A DNA stretch of 60,423 nucleotides from an uncultured Spirochaetia bacterium (GCA_964398505.1 CAYNMZ010000002.1:1-60423), one strand, 5' to 3'; positions 18,301 through 27,608 are shown, counted from the first letter of the stretch. Notes: generated by a model not told the origin, from the sequence alone. Translations and numbers: made by a program.

Positions 18301-19199
18301 TGATGAATATAATCGGAGAAGCAAGGAAAAAGGAAGGCGCGATAATACTGTCAATAATTTCCAATACCAGCCTTGTGCTGATAAAGCTCCTCATAGGCGT
18401 AATGACCGGGCTGGTAAGCGTTGTTGCCGAGGCCCTGCACTCGGCAAATGACCTTATAGCGTCGCTGATAGCTTACTTTGGCGTAAAAGGCTCAATGAAG
18501 CCGCCTGACAAGGACCATCAGTTCGGCCACGGCAAGGTGGAGGTGGTGACGGGCTGGATAGAGAACGCCCTCATACTTATTATCGGCGCGGGGATAATAT
18601 TTGAAGGCGTAAAAAAACTGCTTGAACGCCAGGAGACGAGGATGCTGGAGGCGGGCATAGCCGTTATGCTTATGTCAGCTGCCGTGAATTTCTTTGTTTC
18701 AGGATACCTGATCAGGAAGGGAAAGGAGCTTCGCTCGCTTGGCGTTGAGGTTGACGGCGAGCATCTGCGCGCGGATGTCATAACCTCGGCGGGCATCGCG
18801 GCCGCGCTTATTGTAATGAAACTTACCGGGTTCTGGTGGATTGACCCTGTGGCAGCCATACTTGTGGGAGTCTGGGTGATAGGGATATTTGTGAGGCTTT
18901 CCATAAAACTGACACAGCAGGTCATTGACAAGGGCCTTGACGAGAAGGAAATAGGCGCGATTGAAGAGATATTAAAAGGTTTCCCTGAGATAATGTGCCA
19001 TCACAAGATAAGGACAAGGCAGTCCGGTTCCACGATTTTCATAGACATGCACATACAGGTTGACCCGCACCTGACGGTCATAAAATCCCACGACATAACC
19101 AAAGAAATAGAAATGAAACTGAAGGCAAGGTACAAAGACGTGAACGTGCTGGTGCATGTGGAGCCGTGCCTTACGGCCGGCTTTAAAGCAGGCGCGTAA
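18300..19199 (+). CDS. Cation diffusion facilitator family transporter
   Basis: AEALHSANDL, PPDKDHQFGHGK.E, HLRADVITS and SHDI..EIE...VLVHVEP motifs. Confidence 0.92.
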   Translation: MMNIIGEARKKEGAIILSIISNTSLVLIKLLIGVMTGLVSVVAEALHSANDLIASLIAYFGVKGSMKPPDKDHQFGHGKVEVVTGWIENALILIIGAGIIFEGVKKLLERQETRMLEAGIAVMLMSAAVNFFVSGYLIRKGKELRSLGVEVDGEHLRADVITSAGIAAALIVMKLTGFWWIDPVAAILVGVWVIGIFVRLSIKLTQQVIDKGLDEKEIGAIEEILKGFPEIMCHHKIRTRQSGSTIFIDMHIQVDPHLTVIKSHDITKEIEMKLKARYKDVNVLVHVEPCLTAGFKAGA

Positions 19200-20127
19200 G
19201 GCCGGCGAAGGCTGGCGCCAGGGAAAGCGCTTCTTTTACGTCTTTTGAGCTGAAAAAGCACGAGCCGCTGTATTTCGTGTTAGCCGCCCCGCATGCTGAG
19301 GCAAGAGCGCAGCTTTCATATATGTTTAAGCCTTTTTCAATTCCGAAAGCAAGTCCGGCTGAGTAGGCGTCTCCTGAACCGACTGAGGATACCGCTCCCG
19401 GCACGCTGACAGGCGGAATCATCGAAAACCCTGACTTATCGCATAAAGCCGACCCCCTTGCGCCAAGGGTTATGATGACAGCGTGAAGCCCGTACTTTTT
19501 CCTGGTTTTTTCCATGGAAGTCGCAAGCTGCTTTTTTCCTGCGCCGGTCTTTCCGAAAGCGAGAATATATTCCCCGAGGTTTTGCTTTATTATATGAGGC
19601 CTCGCCTTTACCCCCAGGCTCAGGTATTTTGAGGATGTATCAAGGATTACAACGCAGTTATCGCGCGAGTTATACACGCAGTCAGCGTAAAAGCCCGGGC
19701 TGAGCGCGAGGGGCAGTGAGCCCGAAAACACCATGACGCTGCTCTTTGCGGAAAGTTCACTGATGCGCGACAGCATTTTTTTTCTAAGGCCCGGTGTTAT
19801 ACCTATAGAAGACTCGCTGTTTATTACTGTCTCGCCGTCAGGCGAGGAAATAATGCAGCAGGGCCTGTTCCTGCCGGCCGCGGCAATAAGGCGCGGCTTA
19901 ACGCCGCCCTTTTCAAGGAAAGAGGCGCAGTCCTTAACGCTTTCGGCAGCGCAGAAGCCCAGGGCTGAAACTTTTCCGCCGAGCGCGGCGATGCCGCGCG
20001 CGACGTTTGTGCCCTTGCCGCCCGGATATGAAAAGGCGCGTTTTGCCCTGTGCACTGAGCCGGCTAAGAAGGCATCAATTTCAAAACATATGTCAAGCGT
20101 GGGGTTTAAGGTTACGGCTGTTATCAT
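19183..20127 (-). CDS. 1-phosphofructokinase-family (PfkB) hexose-phosphate kinase
   Basis: MITAVTLNPTLD, PGGKGTNVAR, VGSGDAYSAG. The start ATG overlaps the upstream TGA (ATGA). Confidence 0.88.
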   Translation of the reverse strand: MITAVTLNPTLDICFEIDAFLAGSVHRAKRAFSYPGGKGTNVARGIAALGGKVSALGFCAAESVKDCASFLEKGGVKPRLIAAAGRNRPCCIISSPDGETVINSESSIGITPGLRKKMLSRISELSAKSSVMVFSGSLPLALSPGFYADCVYNSRDNCVVILDTSSKYLSLGVKARPHIIKQNLGEYILAFGKTGAGKKQLATSMEKTRKKYGLHAVIITLGARGSALCDKSGFSMIPPVSVPGAVSSVGSGDAYSAGLAFGIEKGLNIYESCALASACGAANTKYSGSCFFSSKDVKEALSLAPAFAGLTRLL

Positions 20128-20999
20128 TTGAAGAAATAGACGATTGAAATGGTGGCTGAAAGCCATAACAGTATGTTTACTATGGTGGGGATGTCCCTTA
20201 AAAAAACCGTCTCAGGGCTTCCGCCCATGTTTTTCTTGTGAACCAGGTACAGGTAGCGGAAGATGCCGTAGAGCACAAACGGGATTGTGAGCATAAGGTA
20301 ATTGTGCCGCGCCGCTGTCTCAGAAGTGAAAGTATAAAGCGAATACGCTATGACCGTCGAGGCTGTCACCACTGAGGTCATCTCGTCCAGGAGAGGCACC
20401 GAATACTCGCTGAGTATCTTCCTGTGGCGGGCGGCGTCGGACAGCGTTGAGACCTCATGGCGCCTCTTTGCCATTATCACAAAAAGCGCGAGCAGGGAAG
20501 TGCATATCAGAAGCCATGGCGAGATGGCGACGCTTATTATAACGGCGCCTGCTATCGCGCGCAGCACGTATCCGGCTGCCACTATGAAAATGTCAAGTAT
20601 GACAGCGTGTTTTAGCTTCAATGTGTAGAGTATGTTCATCGCCAGGTAAACGCAGATGACATAAAAGAAATCCCTGCTTATCAAAAATGAGCCGGCAAGC
20701 GCCGAAACTGCCAGTATGGCGCTTATTGCCGAGGCGAAAGGCACCGATACCGAGCCTTTGGCGATCGGCCTGGATTTCTTATCTGGATGGTAAGCGTCCT
20801 CTTTCCTGTCGATTATGTCGTTTAAGATATAAATAGCGCTTGCGGCAAAGCAAAGCAGGAAAAACCCGGCTGTGACCCGCAGGAAAAGGCCGGCGTTAAA
20901 AAGGTTGTTCGTGAATATGAGGGCTATGTATATGAGAAGGTTCTTTATCCACTGCTTTACGCGCAATAGGTCGAGAAACGTGGCGGCCTGTAGCTTCAT
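20124..20999 (-). CDS. Decaprenyl-phosphate phosphoribosyltransferase-like UbiA prenyltransferase
   Basis: RVKQWIKN, YILNDIIDRKEDAYHPDKKSRPIAKG, KRRHE and FRYL motifs; multi-TM. Confidence 0.87.
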   Translation of the reverse strand: MKLQAATFLDLLRVKQWIKNLLIYIALIFTNNLFNAGLFLRVTAGFFLLCFAASAIYILNDIIDRKEDAYHPDKKSRPIAKGSVSVPFASAISAILAVSALAGSFLISRDFFYVICVYLAMNILYTLKLKHAVILDIFIVAAGYVLRAIAGAVIISVAISPWLLICTSLLALFVIMAKRRHEVSTLSDAARHRKILSEYSVPLLDEMTSVVTASTVIAYSLYTFTSETAARHNYLMLTIPFVLYGIFRYLYLVHKKNMGGSPETVFLRDIPTIVNILLWLSATISIVYFFK

Positions 21000-21008
21000 C
21001 TATCCCTT

Positions 21009-21638
21009 TTAAGGCATCAGCCTTACATTGTCTATGAAAAGCGTGACGTCCTTTTCCACGCCCTTGTTGTCAAGGAAAAGCGAGAGCGAAACTATTGATG
21101 CCGTGTCAACGCGGCTGTCCTTTACTTCCTGCAGGATTATTTCAAGCTTGTTCCTGCCGTTTTTTACGGGCCTTTCAGCGACGTATTCCTTGCCGTTGGA
21201 GTCGAGGAGCTTTATGTAAAACTTCCTCTCGGCCTCGTCCGGCACATATACGTCAACGCCGAATTTCTTGTATTTGCTCCAGTCAGTAACTTTCAGCCTT
21301 GTGAGCGTGCTTATGGAAAGTGTCATCGCGGATATCCAGGACTTTACCTTGGCCGCCTTGTCAGCGGGCATGAAGTCCGTCGGCACGGAAAATATTGCCT
21401 GCGCGGTGAACTTGCCGTTTGAGGCGTATTTCTTGAACTGTTCAAGCTTGACATATCCGTTTGTTTCCCAGTCAAAATCGCCTATCGCTGTCTCTGACGG
21501 AAGCGTCTCAAAAGAGCAGAGAAGGCCGCGTTCCTTCAGCATTTGTTTTGTTTCAGGCTTGGCCGCGCATCCGGCAAGCAGCAGAAGAGCTGATACGATT
21601 ATAATAAGGAACCTTGTCACAATTTTTCCTGAGCGCAC
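21009..21638 (-). CDS. Lipoprotein with a galactose-binding-like/CBM-like beta-sandwich
   Basis: Lipobox LLAGC; DWSKYKKFGVDVY and LFIDNVRL patterns typical of CBM-like jelly rolls. GTG start with GGAGG SD. Confidence 0.65.
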   Translation of the reverse strand: MRSGKIVTRFLIIIVSALLLLAGCAAKPETKQMLKERGLLCSFETLPSETAIGDFDWETNGYVKLEQFKKYASNGKFTAQAIFSVPTDFMPADKAAKVKSWISAMTLSISTLTRLKVTDWSKYKKFGVDVYVPDEAERKFYIKLLDSNGKEYVAERPVKNGRNKLEIILQEVKDSRVDTASIVSLSLFLDNKGVEKDVTLFIDNVRLMP

Positions 21639-21671
21639 AATTGCCCTCCGTATTATGGTGAAATTTAAAGT

Positions 21672-21700
21672 ATTTTAGCAATTATGGAGTGGGTTGTCAA
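21672..21700 (-). promoter_or_regulatory. sigma70-type promoter of the lipoprotein-ubiA-pfkB operon
   Basis: Minus strand: TTGACA, 17 bp, TG-n-TAAAAT extended -10. Confidence 0.78.
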
Positions 21701-21807
21701 TCGTTTAAATTTGCATAAATTTGCATATAGCCGCGCGGCTTTCAGCGCTTTACAACATGGTTTCTTTCTGTTATTGTATTAAAAATACTCGCGGACACGG
21801 AGGAAAA

Positions 21808-23082
21808 ATGGATACTGTCTTGCGGTCTTTTCTGGCCCGCTACAGGATTGAGTTCATAATAGCGTCTGCTGTTGCGCTCTTTTTTGCGGCGTTTTCCCCG
21901 GTTGGACGCTACATGCAGGCCATGACCGTATCAAAGGACGCGCCTGTCACATACGCGGTCATAATGGCTGTCCTCTCGGTCATGGTATTCTTCATAGCAA
22001 GGATATCCTACCCGAAGATTTACAAGTTCAAGATACTGCTGTCGGGTTACACGCTCGTTGCCTTTATAATATGCTTTTTCATAATATCCACGCCCCTGCC
22101 ACAGGACAGCTCAATAATGGAGCTGAACTTTTACGCAAAATCGCAGGCTATAAAACAGCCGGCGGGCGGCAATTTCGCTTTCAGGCTGCTTTTCACCATG
22201 CTGAACTTAAACCTCCTGATAGTGATGCTGGCCAGCTCTTACGTCACCTATAATACGGGTAAGAACTCGGCTTGGTTCGCCTTCGGGCTTAACATCATTG
22301 TTTACCTTACTATCCTTTTCCTGATTCCGGCCGGAAAGAAATCGGAATTTGTGAATGTTTTCTTAAAGATATACCTCGTTATAAACCTGATAATCACCGG
22401 GCTTACTGTGGTTATCTCGCTTTTCACGATAGAGGAGGAGCATAACTACGGCAGCATAATAGTCGCGCTTTCCCTGATGACGCTGTACTGCGTGATAAAT
22501 TCCCAGCATATAGGCAGGGTGAAGTTCCTGCTTCCGGTCATGGAGGTCGTGATAATCTGGGGCATGTTCGCGCACTGGGTGAACTGCCTGCACCACAAGG
22601 CGCACTATGACCCGCTGCTCAAGATTTACAACCGCCAGTACCTTGACGGCATACTTGGCGGCCTGTCAGAGATAACCCTGGGAAAAAAGCTCAGCATTAT
22701 GATGTGCGACATAGACCATTTCAAGAAGGTCAACGACACGTACGGCCATGCGGCCGGCGACGCGGTGCTTTTTTCAACTGCCCAGATAATAAGGGACGCT
22801 GCGCTTCCCGAGGGGGTCGTGTGCAGGTACGGCGGCGAGGAGATAGTCGTTATATTAAGGGACAAGACAGGGGAGGAAGCCAGGCTAAAGGGCGAGAAGA
22901 TAAGGAAAGCGGTCAAGGCGCATTCCGTAAAGTACAAGAGCAAGACTATAAAGGTGACGATGAGCATAGGAGTCGCTTCCACCAAGAACGGGCTCGAGGA
23001 CATCCAGAAAGTCATTAAGAAAGCGGACGACAACGTCTACAAGGCGAAAAAGGCCGGCAGGGACAGGGTGGTTAACGATTAG
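21808..23082 (+). CDS. Membrane-bound diguanylate cyclase (GGDEF)
   Basis: Multi-TM N-terminus; DIDHFKKVNDTYGHAAGD, RYGGEEI, ADDNVYKAKKAGRDRV. Start at ATG 21808 after GGAGG. Confidence 0.9.
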   Translation: MDTVLRSFLARYRIEFIIASAVALFFAAFSPVGRYMQAMTVSKDAPVTYAVIMAVLSVMVFFIARISYPKIYKFKILLSGYTLVAFIICFFIISTPLPQDSSIMELNFYAKSQAIKQPAGGNFAFRLLFTMLNLNLLIVMLASSYVTYNTGKNSAWFAFGLNIIVYLTILFLIPAGKKSEFVNVFLKIYLVINLIITGLTVVISLFTIEEEHNYGSIIVALSLMTLYCVINSQHIGRVKFLLPVMEVVIIWGMFAHWVNCLHHKAHYDPLLKIYNRQYLDGILGGLSEITLGKKLSIMMCDIDHFKKVNDTYGHAAGDAVLFSTAQIIRDAALPEGVVCRYGGEEIVVILRDKTGEEARLKGEKIRKAVKAHSVKYKSKTIKVTMSIGVASTKNGLEDIQKVIKKADDNVYKAKKAGRDRVVND

Positions 23083-23160
23083 TGCCGCGCTGTCCCGTAC
23101 GGCGCATGAATTTGATTAAAATCGAGCGGGAATCCTTGTAATAACTCCGCTGTTCCGCGA

Positions 23161-23189
23161 TTGACTCTTTATGAAAAACACTATATACT
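23161..23189 (+). promoter_or_regulatory. sigma70-type promoter of cutA(-pyk), probably leaderless
   Basis: TTGACT, 17 bp, TATACT ending 6 nt before the ATG. Confidence 0.65.
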
Positions 23190-23195
23190 TTTTGC

Positions 23196-23513
23196 ATGGA
23201 AAAAAAATGCGTTGTATTCGTAACTACAAACGGGGAAAAGACCTCGAAAAAAGTGTCTGACGCTGTCCTTGAAAACAGGCTTGCTGCCTGCGTAAACCGC
23301 GTGCCGGGCATAGTCTCGCGGTACTGGTGGAAGGGAAAGCTTGAAACGTCAAGGGAGGAACTCCTGATAATGAAAACGAAAAAATCCCTTGTGCCGCGAC
23401 TGATTAAGGCCGTCAAGAAAGCCCATCCATACGAGGTGCCTGAAATAATAGCCCTGGACATAAACGACGGAAACATAGAATACCTTAATTGGGTGGCGCG
23501 GGAAACAGAATGA
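23196..23513 (+). CDS. cutA: Divalent-cation tolerance protein CutA
   Basis: LENRLAACVN, SRYWWKGK, HPYEVPEII, YLNWV. Confidence 0.93.
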   Translation: MEKKCVVFVTTNGEKTSKKVSDAVLENRLAACVNRVPGIVSRYWWKGKLETSREELLIMKTKKSLVPRLIKAVKKAHPYEVPEIIALDINDGNIEYLNWVARETE

Positions 23514-23559
23514 GGATTTTTGCTTGCGGGTTTGAACATAAAATTTAAACGGGGAGCTT

Positions 23560-24930
23560 ATGCGAAAAACCAAGATCATAGCCACGCTCGGGCCTGCCAC
23601 TGCCTCGTACGGAAAAATAACCGCGCTTTTAAGGGCCGGCGTGAACGTGTTCAGGCTGAATTTTTCACACGGGAACAGGGAGTTCTTCAGGGGCCTTATT
23701 GAAAACATAAGGAAGGCGTCGCGGAAAACCGGCATACCTGCGGCGATAATGCAGGATTTACAGGGCCCGAAGATAAGGGTTGAGGGGCTAAAATCACCGG
23801 TAAGCGTAAAGCGCGGGGACAGCGTTGTAATCCAAAATTCAAGATCCAAAATCCGGGAAACCGGCATTTCCATAGACTTCAAGGACCTTCACAAGTATTT
23901 AAAGCCGGGGCAGAAAATACTGATAAACGACGGCATGGTTCAGCTGAAGGTTTCCTCGATAAGGGGCGGGAAGATTTTCTGCGCTGTCACCGCGGGCGGC
24001 GAGATAGCTCCGAGAAAAGGCGTGAACATACCGGGAGTGAAGCTCCCTGTGGACTCACTCACAAAAAAAGACAGGGAAAACCTGAAATTCGGCCTTAACA
24101 TGGGCGTTGATATCGTCTGCCTTTCATTTGTGCGCGATGAAAATGACGTGCTCGCGCTGAAAGCCGCGGTAAGGAAAAGGCGCGACATGCCGCTTTTGAT
24201 AGCGAAAATAGAGAAGCCTGAGGCCTTAAAACGGCTGGGGCGGATAATTGACGCCTGCGACGGCATAATGGCCGCGCGCGGCGACCTGGCGGTCGAGGCC
24301 GGCTACAGGGCAGTGCCCGCGGCGCAGAAAAAAATGGTGGCTATGGCAAATGACAGGGGAAAGCTTGTCATAGTCGCGACACAAATGCTGGAGTCCATGA
24401 TAAACTCGCCTTTTCCACAGAGGGCCGAGATAACGGATGTGTACAACGCGGTGTCTGACGGAGCCGACCTGCTCATGCTTTCAGCCGAGACTTCAATGGG
24501 AAAATACCCGGAGAGGACGGTCAGGGTAATGTCGGATATAATACATGAGGCTGAGAAAAAGGAAAAGGGCCGCTCATGCGCGGTCAGCAGGGTGACAAAG
24601 GGCCATGAAATGGAAAACGCGCTCTCAAAGGCGGCGGTTGAGGCCGCGTGCGTGCTCAGGAAAGCCGCCATTGCGGTAATGGTGAGGAAAAAGGAAGACA
24701 TAAGCTATATGTCGGATTACAGGCCCGAAAACGGCATAATAGCGGTTGTTGACAACGGCGCAATGCTGAGAAAAATGTGCGCCTATCACGGCGTCAGGCC
24801 GGTTTTATCCGGGCCTGCGCGGATCGCAAAAACGTTGAAAAGGGCCTGCAAAAAGGCGGAAAACATAATAATAGTTGACTATGGCGGCGCCGAAGGCGGC
24901 CGCCTGACAGTCAAAGCGCCGGCATTCTGA
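23560..24930 (+). CDS. pyk: Pyruvate kinase
   Basis: RKTKIIATLGP, RLNFSHG, DLQGPKIR, AKIE, ARGDL, ATQMLESM, AE..DVYNAV.DG. Confidence 0.95.
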   Translation: MRKTKIIATLGPATASYGKITALLRAGVNVFRLNFSHGNREFFRGLIENIRKASRKTGIPAAIMQDLQGPKIRVEGLKSPVSVKRGDSVVIQNSRSKIRETGISIDFKDLHKYLKPGQKILINDGMVQLKVSSIRGGKIFCAVTAGGEIAPRKGVNIPGVKLPVDSLTKKDRENLKFGLNMGVDIVCLSFVRDENDVLALKAAVRKRRDMPLLIAKIEKPEALKRLGRIIDACDGIMAARGDLAVEAGYRAVPAAQKKMVAMANDRGKLVIVATQMLESMINSPFPQRAEITDVYNAVSDGADLLMLSAETSMGKYPERTVRVMSDIIHEAEKKEKGRSCAVSRVTKGHEMENALSKAAVEAACVLRKAAIAVMVRKKEDISYMSDYRPENGIIAVVDNGAMLRKMCAYHGVRPVLSGPARIAKTLKRACKKAENIIIVDYGGAEGGRLTVKAPAF

Positions 24931-24978
24931 CAACAAAAACGCCGGCTGCCGCGTCAAAAGAAAAAAACGGAGGATTAA

Positions 24979-25896
24979 ATGAAAAAAATATGCCTGCTTG
25001 TTTTAAGCGCGTTCCTGATGGCTGCTTTTGCAGGGCCCCACTACGCCAAACAAAAGGAAGAGGACTATTCCATAGCGTATATAAACGATTATGACGGCGA
25101 CTGCGAGTTAAAAAGGAAAGGCCAGTCAACAGGGGAGGCCATACTTGACATTTTCATACCGCTTTACAGGGGCGACACGGTGATAACAGGAGCCGGCTCA
25201 AAGCTTGAGATTGTCTTTGACGACGCCACTATAATGCGGCTTGACCCCAACAGCAGGCTGGTCATAAAGGAATTGAAAAGGGAAAAATCCGCCGCCACGG
25301 TGCTTGAGCTCATAAAGGGAAGGGTAATGGGAGTGGTGAAGAAGCTCACGAAGCAGGAGGAATTCACGGTAAGGACAAAGATGGCCATGGCCGCGGTAAA
25401 GGGAACCGAGCTTTTGGTTGAGACAGGCGACGAGGACAAGGTCGCCGTATTTGAGGGCGCTGTTGAGGTGTCAAACCTGGACATGGACGGCAAGGTAAGG
25501 AGCAGGGTGATACTTGACAAGGACAGGGAAATAACCGTGGTAAAAAGGCTGAAAGGGCCCGCAAGGCCCGAGAAGCTGTCGCGCAATTTCGTGAAAAAAT
25601 ACAATGAAATCACGGACCTCAGGAAAAAAATAGAGCTTGTAAGGGAACACCGCCGCTCAAAAAGCTCCAGGGAATACAGGCTGGAAAGAAGGCTGCAAAG
25701 GATAGAGAACCTGAAAATGATGAGGTCAGACAGAGCAATGATGAAAAACATGACGCCTGAGCAGAGGCGGCTCATGGACGAGATGATAAGGCAGGAGGAG
25801 TTTTACCGCGCGCAGTATGATGACCTGAAAAAAAAGGACAGAAGGACAAAGACAAGGATAAAGCAGTACCTTGAGGAAAATAAGGAAAAAGAATAA
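24979..25896 (+). CDS. Exported FecR-domain protein with a C-terminal charged helical tail
   Basis: Signal peptide; GDTVITGAGSKLEIVFDDATIMRLDPNSRL, VRTKMAMAAVKGTEL, VAVFEGAVEV. Confidence 0.82.
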   Translation: MKKICLLVLSAFLMAAFAGPHYAKQKEEDYSIAYINDYDGDCELKRKGQSTGEAILDIFIPLYRGDTVITGAGSKLEIVFDDATIMRLDPNSRLVIKELKREKSAATVLELIKGRVMGVVKKLTKQEEFTVRTKMAMAAVKGTELLVETGDEDKVAVFEGAVEVSNLDMDGKVRSRVILDKDREITVVKRLKGPARPEKLSRNFVKKYNEITDLRKKIELVREHRRSKSSREYRLERRLQRIENLKMMRSDRAMMKNMTPEQRRLMDEMIRQEEFYRAQYDDLKKKDRRTKTRIKQYLEENKEKE

Positions 25897-25898
25897 GG

Positions 25899-27608
25899 AT
25901 GGCCCGCGGTTTTTGCCGCCTGTTTGCGGCTGTGGCGGTAGTTTTAGCGGCTGTAATGCCGGCAGCAGGGTCAGGCATAGAAACGATACTTGAAGGCGTG
26001 CCCCGTGAAGGCGCGCCTTTTGATTTTACAAGGGCAGCGCTCGCGCTTTCACGAATAGCCGACCCGGTCATGGACACTGCCTGGTGCGAGGATGAGATAA
26101 ACGCGATGGCCGAGGAAATACGGCCGGGCCTGGAGAAGGCGCGCTCGGCAGGGGAGAAGATCGCGGCTGTAAACCGCGTGCTTTTTGAAAGCCGCAATTT
26201 TAAGTTTGACGAGACAGCCAATTCATACGCCATGCGCAAAAGGTTCGCATCCGGGAGGATTGAGACAGCCAATTACGAGTCATTTGAGCGCGTACTGCGC
26301 GACCGCCGCGGCATTTGCGTCAGTTTCTCCCTCCTTTATATAATGCTCGCTGAAAAGCTGGGCCTTCCGGTTTATCCTGTGTTTATGCCGGGCCATGTCT
26401 TTGTGAGGTATGAAGGCAGGGACGGCCGCGTTAACATAGAGACCACTGCCGAGGGTCAAAGCGCGGCAGATTCATATTACCTGAAAAAATACGGCGTTGA
26501 CGGGCAAAGCGGAGTATTCGGAAAGACGCTCTCAAGAAGGCAGGCTCTCGGCGCTTTTTTGGGGAACATAGGGGTAAATTTGCAGCTGCAGGGAAGGCCA
26601 AAGGACGCGGTGCTTGTCCATAAAAAAGCAGTTGAAATAAACCCGTATCTTGCGGGAGCGCATTCAAACCTTGGGGCCGCTCTGCTGGAAGCGGGAATGC
26701 CGCAGGAGGCTATTGTGAGCCTGAAAAAGGCGCTTGAGCTTGCGCCCGCGAGCATTGACGCGCTTATAAACATGGGCCAAGCCCTGAGCGTTTCAGGAAG
26801 GCACGCGGACGCCGCCGCTGTTTTTGAGCGCGCTGTACGGGCAGGGCCTGACGAGCCCGCTTCATATGACGGGCTCGGCATGGCGTATTTCAGGGCAGGC
26901 ATGGAAAAAAAGGGCATAGAGTCCGTTGAAAAGGCGCTTCAGCTGGATTCCGGATACCATAACGCGTGGAACAACCTTGGCGTCATTTACATGAAAAAAG
27001 GGGACGCGGCTTCGGCCGCACGCATGTTCAGGCGGGCGGCGGACTTAAACAGGAACAGCCATGAGACACGCGCGAACCTTGCAAATGCCCTGCACAGGCT
27101 CGGCATGGATTATGAGGCCATAGGGGAGTATGAAAAGGCATTGAGCCTTTCGCCGGCTGATTTCGCTTCAGCTTACAACATGGGTCTCATTTACCACAAG
27201 ATGGGTAAAACAGCGGACGCAGAGGAGGCTTACCAAAGGGCGCTTTCCATAAATCCCAAAGAGGAACTGGCGCTTTACAACCTTGCGGTTCTGTACCAGG
27301 AAAACGGCAGGCGTGAAAAGGCAGTAAAGGTCTATGAAAGGCTGCTTGAAAAAAACCCCGGGCACAGGCAGGCGCGCTGCAACCTGGCCGCTGCCCTGCA
27401 GGAGGCCGGCGAGTACGAGAAGGCCCTGGTTGAATATGAAAAGGTCCTGAGAATCAGGCCCGACGACGCGAACGTGTACTTCAATATGGCGCTTATATGG
27501 CACAGCAGGGAAAATTACGAAAAAGCAGCCGTATATTACAGGAAGGCCTTAAAATACAGGCCCGATTTTAAGGAAGCAAAGGAGAATTTAAAGCTGCTGG
27601 GAATATGA
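25899..27608 (+). CDS. Exported transglutaminase-like (SirB1/Transglut_core2-type) domain plus TPR repeats
   Basis: Signal peptide; VLRDRRGICVSFSLLY..LAEKLGLPV.PV.MPGHVFVRY..NIET; about 9 TPRs (AxxNLG...). Confidence 0.82.
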   Translation: MARGFCRLFAAVAVVLAAVMPAAGSGIETILEGVPREGAPFDFTRAALALSRIADPVMDTAWCEDEINAMAEEIRPGLEKARSAGEKIAAVNRVLFESRNFKFDETANSYAMRKRFASGRIETANYESFERVLRDRRGICVSFSLLYIMLAEKLGLPVYPVFMPGHVFVRYEGRDGRVNIETTAEGQSAADSYYLKKYGVDGQSGVFGKTLSRRQALGAFLGNIGVNLQLQGRPKDAVLVHKKAVEINPYLAGAHSNLGAALLEAGMPQEAIVSLKKALELAPASIDALINMGQALSVSGRHADAAAVFERAVRAGPDEPASYDGLGMAYFRAGMEKKGIESVEKALQLDSGYHNAWNNLGVIYMKKGDAASAARMFRRAADLNRNSHETRANLANALHRLGMDYEAIGEYEKALSLSPADFASAYNMGLIYHKMGKTADAEEAYQRALSINPKEELALYNLAVLYQENGRREKAVKVYERLLEKNPGHRQARCNLAAALQEAGEYEKALVEYEKVLRIRPDDANVYFNMALIWHSRENYEKAAVYYRKALKYRPDFKEAKENLKLLGI

